From assembly GCF_964204865.1 (NCBI RefSeq), contig NC_135258.1, forward strand, positions 9,362,001 through 9,426,000: 64,000 nucleotides of DNA, given 5' to 3'. The DNA comes from Styela clava (lineage: Eukaryota). The notes beneath the pieces were generated by a model, which was given only the letters and a program-made list of their open reading frames with translations, searched no databases and was not told the origin of the DNA. Below, piece by piece: positions 1 through 24,400 of this stretch. The position numbers and the translations under genes are program-made. The stretch's first letter is position 1; the number at the start of each line of letters is the position of its first letter.

Positions 1-4295
<4,295 letters not shown>

Positions 4296-4888
4296 TTTTT
4301 TTAACATCACTTTCGCAGCAGTATGACTTTATCTCTCCTGGATACTTTGTTTAGTTATTGAAATCCGTGTGCATTGCTAACATAATTCGATATCCTGACA
4401 TGTGTATGTGATTCATTGAACACGAACATAAAGCAGTTCGCTAAAGAGACGCGATTTCACAGATTTGTCCAAAGGCAAGTAGTAAGCCTACCCCGGAAGT
4501 CTGTTACTATCAAGAATTTATTTATCCCCCGGGATAAATATGTAAATCCTATGTACATTCATATATAATCAGATATGTATTATCAATGAATGCTCTTATG
4601 TAGAATTGTGTAGATGCATCGACTATTTTTTTACGTCTTTTAATAATAATGGAAGCGTCGTAAAATCGAACACGGTTTAGCAAGCCCTATCACGGATGCT
4701 CAAAATGCGGTCACTCCTCTTATTTGTCAACAGGATATGATACGATACGATTTACAACGGGGTCGACGTGTGACTTTTTGGTTGTGGCTCGCCGCGGGCT
4801 ATTTGATGACACGCTCAACAGCTCTACTAGCTCTGTCGCTTGAATTTAAATTGTAATAGTATACAGACTAAAAGTAATTTGTGCACCG

Positions 4889-7800
4889 ATGACTTCTACG
4901 GAAGACACCAACTTGGAAGAGAAGATGTCGGCACCAGCATGGAAGCAGAAGCTTTTTGGTAAGTCAGGAGGTGAATTTTCTAATTTTGCAGTTTTGGTTC
5001 CGTTGCAGCGCTGGTATTATGGCCATCAAGAATGACATTGGTGACACATAACACAGTAACATGAATTGTTTATTGATGCATTTATTGAATTTAACAATTT
5101 AAAAGTATTTACATTTTGTCGTTTTGCTCAAATTACAACCATTTCAGACAAGGCAATACTGAATATACAAAAACATCGATGCCTGAATACTATGCAGCAC
5201 TACTTATCTATATTGTACCAATCTCAATCTTCCCGCAATACAGTAACAACTCTGTAACAACATATTCTATTGCGGTACAGTATTCGGTATCAAAGCCAAA
5301 ATACCGAAAATAGGACAATCTGTCAATTGAATGACATTTTCAGATCCAGTTGTCTAGTGGGTTTAGCCTAACCACCACCAGACAGCCACACTACGTCATC
5401 CAAAAGTTACGCCACTACGTCCTCACAATCATGTTATAGTATAGCTAGTCAAAGTAAAACTTTGATCGCCTGAAATAGCATCTGTGCCAACGATAACAAA
5501 CTAACGCCAGCGATCTCTCTCGTATCGAGATAGTTATGAAGAGAAAACGAGTGAAATAGCTTGCTCGACTACGAGTAATCGCCTGCGCTTTTCGGACGAT
5601 CATCCGTATTTTTTGGTGGGCCTTATTACGTCACTGTGACGCTGTAGTGGCGTGATTTTTGAATGACGTAGCCAGGTGGGTTTGGGAATGACATATGCAA
5701 AAATTGTTACACCACGCCCACTAGAATTTATTGTGGGTAGTTACTAAACTATACGAGACCCAATATTTCTTAATACAGTAATATGGCTCGAATACAAGCT
5801 TGCAAGCAAGCCATACGAAATCTGACTATGTCAAGTCATTTGATTGCAATCGAGCTTAGCATATCAGTCTAACAGGGGGATATACCTCTATATGCAAGCC
5901 ATTATTTTTTCCAATGTAAGCACTGTAGCACGATACATATTCAAGATAGGAGAAAAATTTTATTCAGTCAACCAGTTTTTGTTTTATATGCATGGGCTTG
6001 GTGGTCACGGGACCAGGGGCTACGGGAACCAGCCTATGAAGACTAGGAGTCCAGCAACCCTCTCGCAGATAACTATCCCCCATGGCATTTAGGCTGCCAA
6101 ACTCTTGCAGGGTAATCAGAGGTGTGGTGGTAAGGATGTTCATAATGCCACGATGTGCCAACTGCTGGGTACTCCCGAAGTATGTGAACCAAGATGGCGG
6201 ACACCGGAACGTAGTATGTTTACCAGGTTAGGGTTAGGCCATAATTTTAGGGACAACTACAATGGAAGTCATTTGGCTAGTCCCCGAACTCGTAATAGAA
6301 CTAAACTAAGGAAAATTGGCATAAAATTATGTCCTAACCTGGTACACCACTACGTTCCGTTGTGCGGCATCTTGGTTCACATATTTCGGGGGTACCAACT
6401 GCTGAGCCCAAAACAGGCTTGCATGTCAGATGCGGCAACGCAATTATAATACCTGCTGTTTCAGATTGTCTTCCAGTATGATATGTACCGGTATGTAGAC
6501 TTGAGAAATATCGAAATATCATAGATTTAACTTATTTTTTATTACAGACAATATGAAATATGTTTCACTTGTGTTCTTGGTTGTACAAAATGCAACTGTT
6601 ATTCTTTGCATGAGGTATGCTCGTACAAGAGACAAAGAGCAATTTTTTGCAGCAAGTGCTGTAGTCATGTCAGAAATTATAAAATTTCTGGTCTGTTGTG
6701 GGATTGTCCTTGTCCAAGTTTCAGGTATGTGAATATTTTATTTATCCAATGAATCCAGTGAATATTTATTTTTTATCGCAGTTCCAAACAGGGCCATGTA
6801 CAAGCCCCCACTGATATCTAACGGTATACAATGATCTCTCTCATTCATCAGTAGGACCGGTAATTTGCCAGTTCGCTGCTAATTTAATTACACCATGGGT
6901 GAGGTGGTGGAATGAGATTTGAACCCAAGATGTGAAAGTGCGTTGCCAACACAGTTGAATCGAACACCAGGGAACCAGAACCTTTTTGGGCGAGAGAGCC
7001 ATAAAAAGTACATATTTTCAATTGCATTTCCGTGCGAGCCATAATAGCATTTCTTCACTTAATCAGACCTGAAATTTTACTCAAAAGTTAACACATACAA
7101 TGTCAATATACGTTTAATGTGACTTCTGATGCTGCATGTTGTCGCTGCGGGCCTGGAATGGCTGTTCACATGCAGCACAAGTTGAAATCTACGATACTCA
7201 TCTCCATTCTTTGGTTTAGGCATCCCCGTAGTATTTCAAAAACTAGTTTTGCTAGTCGATCTAAATATGAGAAGTACTGTATCTAGTACGTACAAACAGA
7301 AGAAAAGCTTTTCTCTATTGCTCTGCGACTCGCTATCGCTTTGTGATGTCACAAAATATGTTTCAGAATCCCCTAGTTTTGTCAAAATGCCTGTCTGGTA
7401 ATTATCTTACATAACATAGACATATGCACTTGGCGTGTTCTCTAACGTATTGGCAAATTTGGCTGTGAAAGAGTTTGAAATCTAGTAACAATTGTAAGCT
7501 TAGCCTTAGAATATTGGATTTTCTGGGAGCCATATGCCGTCACCAAAAGAGCCATTTATGGCTCCCAAGCCATGTGTTCCCGACCACTGCACTAGGCCAT
7601 TTCTCACAAGAGGGCCTTGTGATCTGAATAAATTTTAACAACATATTCAAAATACTCTTTACATAAACATATTATGTTAATTTTTGTCAATCTGCCATGG
7701 CTGTATTTTTCAACTTGAAATTAGATTTGACTCTGATATGGGCGAGTCTGATATACAAGCAATATTATGTCAAGATCAATATGACTTCAGTGGGCGAAGA

Positions 7801-9774
7801 AAGTACTGGAGGTTATTCTTGAATTGATAGCTTATTGAGTCATAATAAGCTTATCTTTGAAATCTTTAGTTTTTGGGTTTTAATAAAATTGGTACTTTTC
7901 CATTTCGAATGCAATATTTTTCAAACTATGAACTTTTATTTTCCAGGCAATTTTAGGGCGTTTCTTGCATATCTTAATGAAAACATAATTCAACAACCTA
8001 TGGATACTTTGAAACTCGCGGTTCCTTCCCTTGTTTACACGATTCAGAATAATCTTTTATATGTTGCGTTGTCAAATCTACCAGCGGCAACATATCAGGT
8101 AAGAGATTTCCGCATCTAAGCTTAACCAGGAAGGAATATGATTCATTTGTTTAGAGCGGATTAGATTAGTTTCCTGTTTAATATTGAGACACGAAGGTGG
8201 GTAGTCGCAGAACTTTCTTCGGTATTTGTGTCATAATTAGGAAATTGGATACTAGCCCCATGCCATACTAAGAATATTGGGTGCTCCCGAAGTATGCGAA
8301 CCAAGATGGCGGACATCGGAACGTAACATGGGTGACAGGTTAGGGTTAGGCGATAATTTTTTTCCAATTTTCCTTATTTTAGTCCTATTATCAGTTCGAA
8401 GACTAGCCCAGAGCCTCCCGTAGTATTTATACCTAAAATTATGGCCTTACCCTAACCTAGTACACATATTACATTCCGATGTCCGCCATCTTGGTTCGCA
8501 TACTTCGGGAGCCCCGAATATTGAATATAATGTTTGGCGAAATGCGAACGTTTTAGTGAAAAACCTAAAATTTTGAGTTCTTGTAATGTTTGTTAATATC
8601 AGCTTTGGCAGAGGTTGTAGCAATAGCAACCCTTAACTGACTCGTCAAATCTGCATCAGTCAGCTGACTTCTACATCTGCTTTTTGTGAGCTTCATTTTG
8701 TAGAAATATTGGAGCGACAAGAGCAAAAAAAAAAACACTATGTAATTTTACCCACATGAGCGCCTTTTCAAATTTTAACTTTCGGATTAGGATTTTACAC
8801 CTGATGGGGAAAAATCTGAGTGTTTGCAAATGCCACACTAACTGACTTGGCGGGTGGGGTTGTGGCCCTTCTATCTGAAGTGTCTGATATGCTGTATAGT
8901 TTTGTGCTAATCGATTACAGGTGTCTTATCAATTGAAAATTCTTACCACTGCAATGTTCATGGTGGCCATGTTGGGAAAATCCCTCTCCAGACTTCAGTG
9001 GCTTTCCATGGTGATGCTATTTGCTGGAGTTGCTATAGTACAAGTAAGATTTATTTTTCAGGCTGACCAACATTACAATTGATTGCAATCTAAAATTTTG
9101 GAAATCTAATATCGGAACCCCTACTTTAATCTTCATTTATGATTTTTTGACTGGATAACATATTCTGATCAGCAAATTTACTGCAATTTGTCTTTCAACC
9201 TTTTGTTGTATAGCCTATTGTGATTCACACCTCATTAAAAAAATTTCAGGTACAAACTCAGACTGGCAAAGCACCGGCAGAATCAGATTCCGAGCAAAAT
9301 CCTTTTATCGGACTCGTCGCCGTCATTATATCTTGTCTTTCTTCTGGCTTTGCCGGGGTTTACTTTGAAAAAATCTTGAAAAGGTCAAAGGGCACAATTT
9401 GGCTTCGTAATATTCAAATGTCAATTTTTGGAGTAATTGCAGGATTTACTGGTCTGTATGTGTCAAAATGGAGCGAAGTCATAGAAAAGGGAGTTTTTTA
9501 TGGTTTCGATGCCCTCGTGTGGTTCATTATTCTCATATTCGCACTTGGAGGCCTTCTCGTCGCAGTAGTCATCAAATATGCTGATAACATCTTAAAAGGA
9601 TTTGCGACCTCAATTTCTATTGTACTGTCCACTGTAGTATCCATCATATGGATGAACTTCCATTTAACATGGATGTTTGTTACTGGTGCCTCGATAGTTA
9701 TTATCGCAGTATATCTCTACAGTCTTCCGACGGCACAACCGGCTCCGCAAACAACCCAGACGCAAAAGGTTTGA
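4889..9774 (+). CDS. SLC35A2: UDP-galactose translocator (SLC35A nucleotide-sugar transporter)
   Basis: Exons 4889-4958, 6548-6724, 7947-8098, 8921-9043, 9250-9774. Motifs [13 protein letters not shown]...[81 protein letters not shown] and LPAAT fit SLC35A2 better than SLC35A3. Confidence 0.88.
5354..5761. mobile_element. Truncated MITE, same family as 25554-26007, inverted orientation
   Basis: Ends in tactaaactatacgagaccc; the internal sequence is the reverse complement of 25620-25960; left TIR missing. Confidence 0.65.
5960..6155 (-). mobile_element. Degenerate tRNA-derived SINE fragment
   Basis: The reverse complement resembles the head and body of the SINE at 45771-46062 (tggcatt...ccaccacacctctgattaccctgc...gctggactcct). 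Confidence 0.6.
6168..6396. mobile_element. Merlin-like MITE (GG...CC termini, 8-bp TSD)
   Basis: TIR ggtactcccgaagtatgtgaaccaagatg / catcttggttcacatatttcgggggtacc; perfect TSD aactgctg (6160-6167, 6397-6404). Confidence 0.85.
6968..7589. mobile_element. hAT-type MITE, inverted copy of the element at 35169-35746
   Basis: Colinear reverse-complement similarity to 35169-35746 over about 600 bp; TIRs degenerate and no clear TSD. Confidence 0.75.
8280..8515. mobile_element. Merlin-like MITE
   Basis: TIR ggtgctcccgaagtatgcgaaccaagatggcggacatcggaa with its inverse at the right end; TSD gaatattg on both sides. Confidence 0.85.
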
Positions 9775-12700
9775 TTGATAATTATTATCATGAACAACTA
9801 AACGTATGTCTCCTTTTTCAACGCTTTAATACCCAGTGCTTATATTTTAATTAATAATGCTGTTTTGAATTACCGTGATGCTTACCACTAATCATTCCGT
9901 AATTAAAAGCATATAGAGAAAACCGATAGAGTTGAGGTATCAGTAATTGCTGAAGGGGATTTTCAAAGCATGCCACGATTATTGAGGCTAATATAGAATT
10001 GTTCTCATGGCTGAACCTTAAGTGAAAATGTGACAGCAGTCAAAAAGTTGTTAGGGCGCTTTTTTTCTTAATTCGAGATATCCCGTGCAACATAGTGCTC
10101 TTTCCAGTGATAACCATGTCTTGTATATTAATATGGAGTGTGATACCTTTTTGCTTGCTTTAATGCTTGTTTTCATAACAAGAATTGGTTTTAAATTTTG
10201 GTGCTTTCAACTACAATCCCATTTCTACTCCTTTGCTTATAAATATTGGAAATAATAGTGGATGGGGCTCAACAATTAACTATGCCAGATTTATTATCCT
10301 TTTCAAAGAGGCCTAAAATTAAAAATGAAATTTCTTAGGCATTTGGGTTTAGTGTTCAGCTAGTATATATAATTTCTGCTGATCTATTAGCATTTGTATT
10401 TAGTTATATCTACCGGTATATCTGATTGGCTAATATGAAGTAAACATTCCTACAACCTCTGCAGAAGCAAACTGAATACCTGGGTTATATATCCCTTCAA
10501 GACGAGTGGATAGTTTAAAACAGCCTGGCACTATTCATCTTGATTTTGGTTTTCTTTTGGAATGCAAAACAACCTCTGAGTTATTTGAAATCCAATATCA
10601 TATATTACAAATTTTACTTCCTACTGATTGTGCAATATCATTGGCTGGCTTCTGTTACTAAATATGAATTTTATTCATCTAAAATTCATGGGCATAGCCT
10701 ACTTGTCGCATACATGACAAAACAACTTTGTGTTTCCATTGCATGCATTTTGTTTAAGTCTGAGATGATGGGAATAGGACTCCAGGCCTATATTCCTTTA
10801 TCTAACCAATGTATTTATGCAAAGCTAATATTATTTGATTGAAATTTTCAAGTTATATCATTTATGAGTCCTCAAAAAATGAAAAGTACAATAATGATAA
10901 GGGAATTATCTATTGAGTTGGTAAAGCAATACTTCATCAGAGATATTTTTAATTTGCCTTCATGGTAAAATCTTTTGAAATCACTAAACGACATTTTTGG
11001 ATTTTCAGTTCATATTTTATGATTATTTAAAATGATTTTAAATAATTTTTCTTCATTTTTTTTTTCAAATTATTTTTGTTAAACACATTTTGGTTTTGTT
11101 TATTTTCCTTAGAAAAACTGGTGACTGCTTCAGAGCTATGGGGATGCTGTTTGCCACTATGCTGTATTCTGCAAACTTATAAACTCAATCTGATGATGTT
11201 TAAAATATTGTTTTGCTCCTTTTGATATGCAGTTATTTAATTTTGAAGGTGCATGTGGAAGATTTTGTTTTGATTTTTCATGCTCTGTCTGTGATACTTT
11301 GTGAGAATGTCTTGATTACCTAATTTCATGAATTGTAACAAAAGAGCTGTAAAAGACCACATTTTTTGACTGCTTTATGAGGTGGCTATTTTTTTGGTTA
11401 TATTCAATGATAATTTTTATATTTTAATAAATGCAAAATATGTTTTTCTTTTGCATTATGGACAAATTTGCAGAAAATGGACTATTGGTTGTTAAACAGA
11501 CCTCACAATTTGAAGCATTCATAATTGAGGGGGCGTAGCTAGAATCTGTCACAGTTTCTTTATTGTACTTTTTCTTATACACAGATAGTGATGAATTGAT
11601 TAAACAATTTTTCCTGGTGATATACTCCCAAATTTATTCAAACACTGCGACTGCAACTTAGCGACACATATCGAATGTAGTTTGGCTTTAAAAAAGGACT
11701 GTTGCTCAGAAAAGGCTTCAATGTTGATTATGTGACCACTCTGGCAGTTTGACCCCTATTCAAATACCAATTCATAGTATTAAATTGTATTAGATTATTT
11801 GTGCCCCTGTTAGACATTCCAAATGAGAATTATACTTTGATATTCATTTTCCATATGTTTACGGTATGTCATCTCACTTTACCTTTAACAGTTCTGATTT
11901 AAATTTACGTTGCTGAATTATTTGACTCCATTTACAGTGAAATGTATTTATCCTTTTAATTATATTACACAAACACAAGTCAACTGAGTTAGTTGTCCTA
12001 ATACCATATCAGGAAGTAATCAACATCTCCTGTATTGTACTACTGTACATTGTGCAGAAGTTATACTTTTGTTTATTATTATTTTAGAGAAGCCTCTGTA
12101 TGATGACATCATAATCGTAGCATGTAGGGAAATTTAGGTGTGCTTAACCTCTGCTGTGCCCGGCGGCTTTTACTTATTATGACATTTTATATCTTTCTGT
12201 AATTTAAGAAGCCAATAGATGACATATAATAGAAATAACCTCGTCTTGCCTAGATTCTAATTCATCATTTTTTATGACTTAATTTAGCAGTAGTTTTGAT
12301 TACCAAAAATTGAAATTGGTTTGGTCATTCAAATGTGGACAATAATTGATGTGCGTTCTTTGAAAACCTTTAAGTTAGTCCATGCAGTTTTCCAATTAAC
12401 TAGAATTGTGTAATTGTTCGTCTGCACTTTTTTCTATAAATTTGATATTTTATATATTTAGTGGACATACTCTGTATACATTTGCACCTTGTTCTGATAT
12501 GTTTTTACGCAGTAACAACAAATGAGATGTGCAGTAACTATTAGAATATAGAAAATCGGATTTGTATTGTTAATCGTAGAAAGTGACTTATCAATGTATT
12601 GTGCTGTGCAGTTTTAACTTTGATAATTACTATTTAGTTAATTATTTAGATTTTAGACTGTTGAGTTGTTTTTCAATAAGAATTTAAATAAATTTATGTT

Positions 12701-12827
12701 TATAATGCCACCCTGTGTAGTATTTCTAAGTGTTTGAGATGCGATTAGATTTCAGAATATCAAATTGCTGGAACTGATATTATCACAAGTCACGCAGATT
12801 TGTTTTTCAGAATAAATTGGTAATGAG

Positions 12828-12970
12828 TAGGGCTGGGAATAGTGATTACCCAATCCAAAGATTGAATAAACGTTATTAAATGGTTACCTGGGTAAGGACC
12901 ACATATTCCAACATGTTCTTAGGGCCAACAGCGCTCAATTTTGCCTGTTTCACTTAAATGCCCAGCCCTC
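12828..12970. mobile_element. Short hAT-type MITE
   Basis: TIR tagggctggg / cccagccctc; 8-bp TSD gtaatgag (12820-12827, 12971-12978). Confidence 0.75.
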
Positions 12971-13937
12971 GTAATGAGTAACAGTTCAAAATCAGAACGA
13001 AATCACGTCTAGTATAAATATACCAACAAAATTTTCAGCTCTTGTGTGACCAGCATTGGGAGGTATACTCAATGCTTTTGCATCTGCATCTACGATTTGG
13101 TACTGAAACAAGAACTTTAAAAAAATAAAAGGAAAATGAGGCGCTAACCTGACATTGATTATCTCATAAAAATTCTTCACAACCTCACACACTCTTGCAG
13201 AGAATTTTATGAAATTGCTATACAATTCATCACTTATCATATATAAAGTACTAGTAAATGTTCAAATAAAACTCATTTCGCTGATTGTCAAGTGTAGGTT
13301 GGGCACCAGTTGGTGTCGGTAAATTATAGACGTTCCGCATGATCTTATTGGGGCATCGTTAGACGGAGAAATTTTGTCACATTGGCCACACAGCGCAAGT
13401 TACCGTAGGTTATTAATCAAGCATTTATGTCAAGATACATTTTCATCACACAGTTTCTGTTCCATGTCTCATTTTCCGTAACACTCTGGGAATAGACAAT
13501 AAAAATGAAATAGTTGTTTGTTGATCCCCGAAAACAACACTTATCAAATATATTTGCCGAATGAAATAAATCACTACTTGGTGTTCTTTTAATTGTCAGA
13601 AAAACAAACAATAACACAGTGAGATAGATCAGTGTATATATATACAAACTAAAATTCTTAAATCAACAAAAACAAGAAATTTATGAAAGGGCCTTGAGAC
13701 CACTTGATTTAAAGTGATTTTCAAGGAAGCAAAAAATGACGAGCAAAAAAAATTTGTAATTTTAATGTTGTCTCAGTCCTAAAGTTACACAATAACATCA
13801 GACAAAAAATATCAGTTATTCAAACTTATCACAAAATACCCTACAGGCGAAAAATCAGGATTTCTTGAGTCTCTGTGTCTTCATTCGTCAGTTGATATTT
13901 GAATATGAAACATTTTATTGCTGAGAATTACAACGAG

Positions 13938-19782
<5,845 letters not shown>

Positions 19783-20591
19783 TTTTTCTTTATATTGCTC
19801 GATTAATGCATCGATAATGTAATGTTATTCTATATTTGTAATGAATTATTACTAAATCTACAAAGGAACATAAATACTATTTTATGAAAGATGTAAAAAA
19901 AGTTGAGAAACAAAATAGGAACGCACTAGAAAAACACACACAAAAATCTAGCGAATAAATTGAAATGCATTAATAATTCAATCACTAAAAATGAAAAGAC
20001 ATTATGGTTTAGCGGTTGCATTTGTCTGTATATATCAGACAAACTATGCCACAGGAATGATATTCAGGATTGAAGACAAAATTGTCATCAAATCCAAACA
20101 GGCACTAAAAAACGAGCTATTTTATGAATTTCAAATTTGTTATGTGAGACATATTCTATGAAATTCTACTATAATAAATACAATGCCTTCTTAATTCATC
20201 TTATTCGCAAATGTTTATTTGGGGATGCAAACTATAATGGGCATCATGTTTTACTTAAGCCGTTTATTAATATGAAAGTTTGCTAACCTTGTGAAAATCC
20301 AACTAGATTTAGGAACACCATTGTAAATGGAAGATCCATATGAACAGTGGATAAAAACACAAAAAGAATGCTCGAAAACAAAAACACCTACGAAAACATA
20401 AACACAGTTGATCAGGTACAAAAATGACCTAAATATCAGCTTCAATTCCATAGCAAATCCAAGTATTTAAATGACACATAACTGTTTTACTTTGCATAAG
20501 AAAAATGCAGCATGTTTCTCATATGCATCATAATGACATAAACATTGGATTTGAGATTTAGTTCAATATGCTATGTTTCACATAATCTAGA

Positions 20592-20904
20592 AAAGTGATT
20601 CCCAAATCGCAGCCCGCAGGCCAATTAAAGCACAGGTAATGATTTAATATAGACACCAAAATCCTGCTTGAGTGGAATAGTTTACCGCGCTTACCGTGCT
20701 TTTTTTTCTTTTTGTGTTCAAGATATACCACCAGTTGTTACGTCATTACCAAAGTTCAAGCACATGTATTTTCGTAACAATTCAGTTCGGTATCTTAATT
20801 ATACATATTGGCACCGGTAAAAGGCCCTTGCGGAGTCTCCCCTCTACCTGCCCGCAAATATCATTCAGATTCTAATTTTGGTCAATTAACTCTGGGAACC
20901 ACCG
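20592..20904. mobile_element. Degenerate hAT-like MITE
   Basis: Imperfect TIRs agtgattcccaaa ... tctgggaaccaccg; gcccgc subterminal motifs; TSD degraded. Confidence 0.4.
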
Positions 20905-21456
20905 ATCTTGATAAATCCCTGTCTAATAATACCCATTCAAGAGCAGGGAAGATAAATTCACACAAAAGGTGTAAATAAATTTGAATCTATATCTATCTAA
21001 AAAGGTTTTCATTAACCAAAAACCTGAAAGACAATTCTTTTTTATAAGAAAAACAAACATGCTGACTTTATGTAAAAGAAGTATCTATGAATAATATAGA
21101 ACAGTTATTTTGACTGGTACACCATAGAATACCAGAAAATGTCTGCACCCCTGATTAAACTATTTTCATATTCTGGACTAGTATTCTAATGATGCTTTTC
21201 TTTGGCCAGAATTGTATCATAATGTCTTAAATTTTTACTCCTATCTATAGATACAAAAAATTGAAAATCTAAAATTGAATAGCAGATACTACAATTAAAA
21301 AGATTTTGGTCCCGAAATTTGTGTAATAAAAAGTATAGAAAATTGTGAAAAACACTGTTGGCACGAGAAGCAAGACATTGAGATAGATATTGGAACATAG
21401 CAGCAAATGACAAATGCAATCGGAAAACGAGCTATTTTGAAACTTGGAAAGTATAG

Positions 21457-24400
21457 TTACTTCGTGTCCAAAAACGATGCCCGAGCAGGACTTGCGGACC
21501 GGGGTCTTTGACTCGGTGATGGTCGATCTGACCTTGATGTAATGGGTGATGGTAAGTTATGCTTTCGTAACTCTTGAACTGCCCTTTCCCTCTCGTACCT
21601 TTCATTTGTAAGTTGTCTTTTTGTGATTTCTAAATCTGCGTCAAGTTGTGATACTTTTGCTCTAAGTGTGTTTACTTCTCGTCCTTGATGTGTAAGTTTG
21701 CCTTCTGCGAGAGATAGTTGATCTTTAAGGTTTTGATAACTGCCGTTTAACTCTTGCATAGAAGTTTGTGAACGATATTCTTTCTCGCGAGAAGAAGCGA
21801 TTAACGATTCTAAATTCTTACGTTCCATACGATCGCTCTCGATTTGTTCTTGTAAGATTTCAACTTCTCGAGTTAATTCATCGTGTCGGACTTTAAGTTG
21901 TTCGTACTCAACATTCTTCGATGCGAGTTGTCGGACAAATTGTTCCTTGCCGATATCAAGTTTTGCATTAAGGTCTCGGGCGGAAGATAAATCTACAGCA
22001 ATGAGAGAACGTTCTTCGTTTGAACGGTGAATCTCGTTTTCAAGACGCTGTATATTTGATGTAAGTTCTGCAATATTATTTTCATAAATTTGTTGAGAAT
22101 GTAGATGTTCCAAAACCTCTTGCTCCAGACATCTATTCTTATCTCCGAGGCGAACTTTTTCATTTTCAGCCGTCATGAGTTCTAACTTCAGCGCTTGTGT
22201 TTCGTCTGCCAAGAGTCTGTACTTACTTTCAGTTGTATCTCGTTCCACCGAGACTTTTCGATATTGCTCGAGTAAATCTAGCATTTCCCTATCTTTGGAA
22301 GCAATATTGCCTTCAGAATTTGCGACTCGTGAAATGAATTCTTTAATTTTGACACGACCTTCCTCTCTTTCTCTTAACACATTGTCTAATTCGATATTTA
22401 AATCTTGATTTTCTCTTGTCAAGGTTGCGAGGTCATCTTGGAGTCGGCTGTTTTCTCTGACGGCAACATCCCTACCTCGTAATGCTTCTGCTAATTCCGT
22501 TTGTGTTGTGTCTAGTTGTCTACGCAAACTTCTTAATTCTCGATCAGAACTTGAAATATCTTCTGTGGCCCGATCCAACTGCTTTTCAATATTGCTAATT
22601 GTAACTCTTTGATCCATAATTTGGCTTTCTCTTTTTGCGATTTGATCTTCAAGCAAAGCTATTTTTTCTGTTTTTTCATCTAAAGTTGCTTGTAAACCAT
22701 CCTTTTCTCTATCGAGGATAGTGACTGTGGTGCGGAGACCAGTGGCATCATCTGTTTGTCTCGTAGAAGTATCGAGAAGCTCCGCAATTCTGTTTTCAAG
22801 TACTCTGACTCTATCTTCTAAAACCTCGTGCTCTTTCATTTTTTTGGATAATTTTTGCTTTGTGTTTTCTAGTGATGCATCAAGTTGCATTCTACAAGTT
22901 TGGGAATCCTCAAATCTTTCTTGTGCGTCTTGTCTTTCTGCTTCTAGTTCATGTAGTTTTGCTCGAAGAGCTTTGAGATCCTCTTCTTGAGCAATGTTAG
23001 ATTCCATTGTCGACTGCAATCTTGACTTAAGTTCGATTCTTTCTCCTTCTAATGCTTCGATTTTATCAGCTAGATCCGATAATCTTTGCTCTAACCTTGT
23101 TATATTAGTAGATGACTGATTTTTTTGAATATTGATATGTTCTCGTAAGCTGTCACGTTCGGTTGTCATTCTACGGAGATCAGAAACCGCATTGTCTCTT
23201 TCAGTTTCAACGCGCCGTAAAATCGCTTGTGCTGTCAATGATGCTTTAGCAGATCTCGGAGATCGTACCGCTTCTCTTCTTAGTCTTTGCAGCTCATCAT
23301 GCGTTTGTTCATATAATAAATTTGTCTTGTCACGTTCCTGTGTTAAAATTTTCACATTCGCTTGAATTTCAGACATGTGTCTTTCGAACTTATCTAACAT
23401 AGCTTGTAATTCATCTCTTTCTCGAATTACTTTTTCATATTGTTTAAATTGTTCCGAAGCGCTTTTATCCATAATTTTATTCTTTGGACTTCTTGATGTC
23501 GATCTTAATATATCAGAATCTTTTTGTTTTTCTCGTTTCTGTAACATCGAATTGAGTAAATCACATTCGTTTTTATAATAATCACGTTCATGCTCCAACG
23601 TTTTTATGAACGCATCTAATCTACTTTCCCCTCTATCCTTCCTGTGTACCCCGATGCCAGATAATTGCTGATCTTCTAATTCCATGACAAGTTCTCGTTC
23701 CTTGTCCATGAGATTTTTAACTTGTTTGCTAAGAAGATCTTTATCGGTTTTAACTTTGTTTAATAATTCGTTCAAACCATCAATTTCTTGTTCTTGTGAT
23801 TGTAATCTTAAATGAAGATCCTCATTTTCAGTGATTAACTTTTCTCGAGATTCCTCGGCATTTACAAGTTGCGATTCCAAGTCATTTTCTTGTCTTTGTG
23901 AGCGTCTTAATTCCTGTTGCGCTTCATGAATTTCCAAATCTGCAGCTGAAACTGCTTTCCTTTTATCGTTTTCCAGTTGATTAGCAAGATGATCGATTTC
24001 TTTAATTTCCAGTTTTAACCTCTCCACCTCATCAGCGTAACGTCTCTCACTCATCTGACATTCCTCATGTTGAGCTTCATCTTCTTTTAAACGAATCTCG
24101 AGTTCTTCGTTAGTTTGTTGTAAATACTCAACTTGTAGATTCAAATGAGAGATCAATCGTTCATTTGCGCTATTTTTTGCTTCTAACGACAAAACATCAT
24201 GTGGTCTGCCGCCTTCGAGACACCGATTTAAGCGTTCTATTTCTCTATCTCGCATTTCAACTTGACCTCGTAATGTGCTTATCTTCGACTCACAAACATA
24301 ATTCGATTCCGATAAGAGTTTTAATTCAACAGCTAATTGATCAATTTTCGTGTCGGCAACTTGCAATAGATCAGCGATATATGGGTCATCGGGTTGAGTC

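Noticed and set aside
6227-6240. ttagggttagg as an interstitial telomere
   Set aside because: Only about two units, always inside MITE arms.
12992-13240. 82-aa minus-strand ORF with an internal 46-nt GT-AG intron-like segment
   Set aside because: Splicing creates an immediate stop and no family is recognisable; probably 3' UTR or intergenic sequence.
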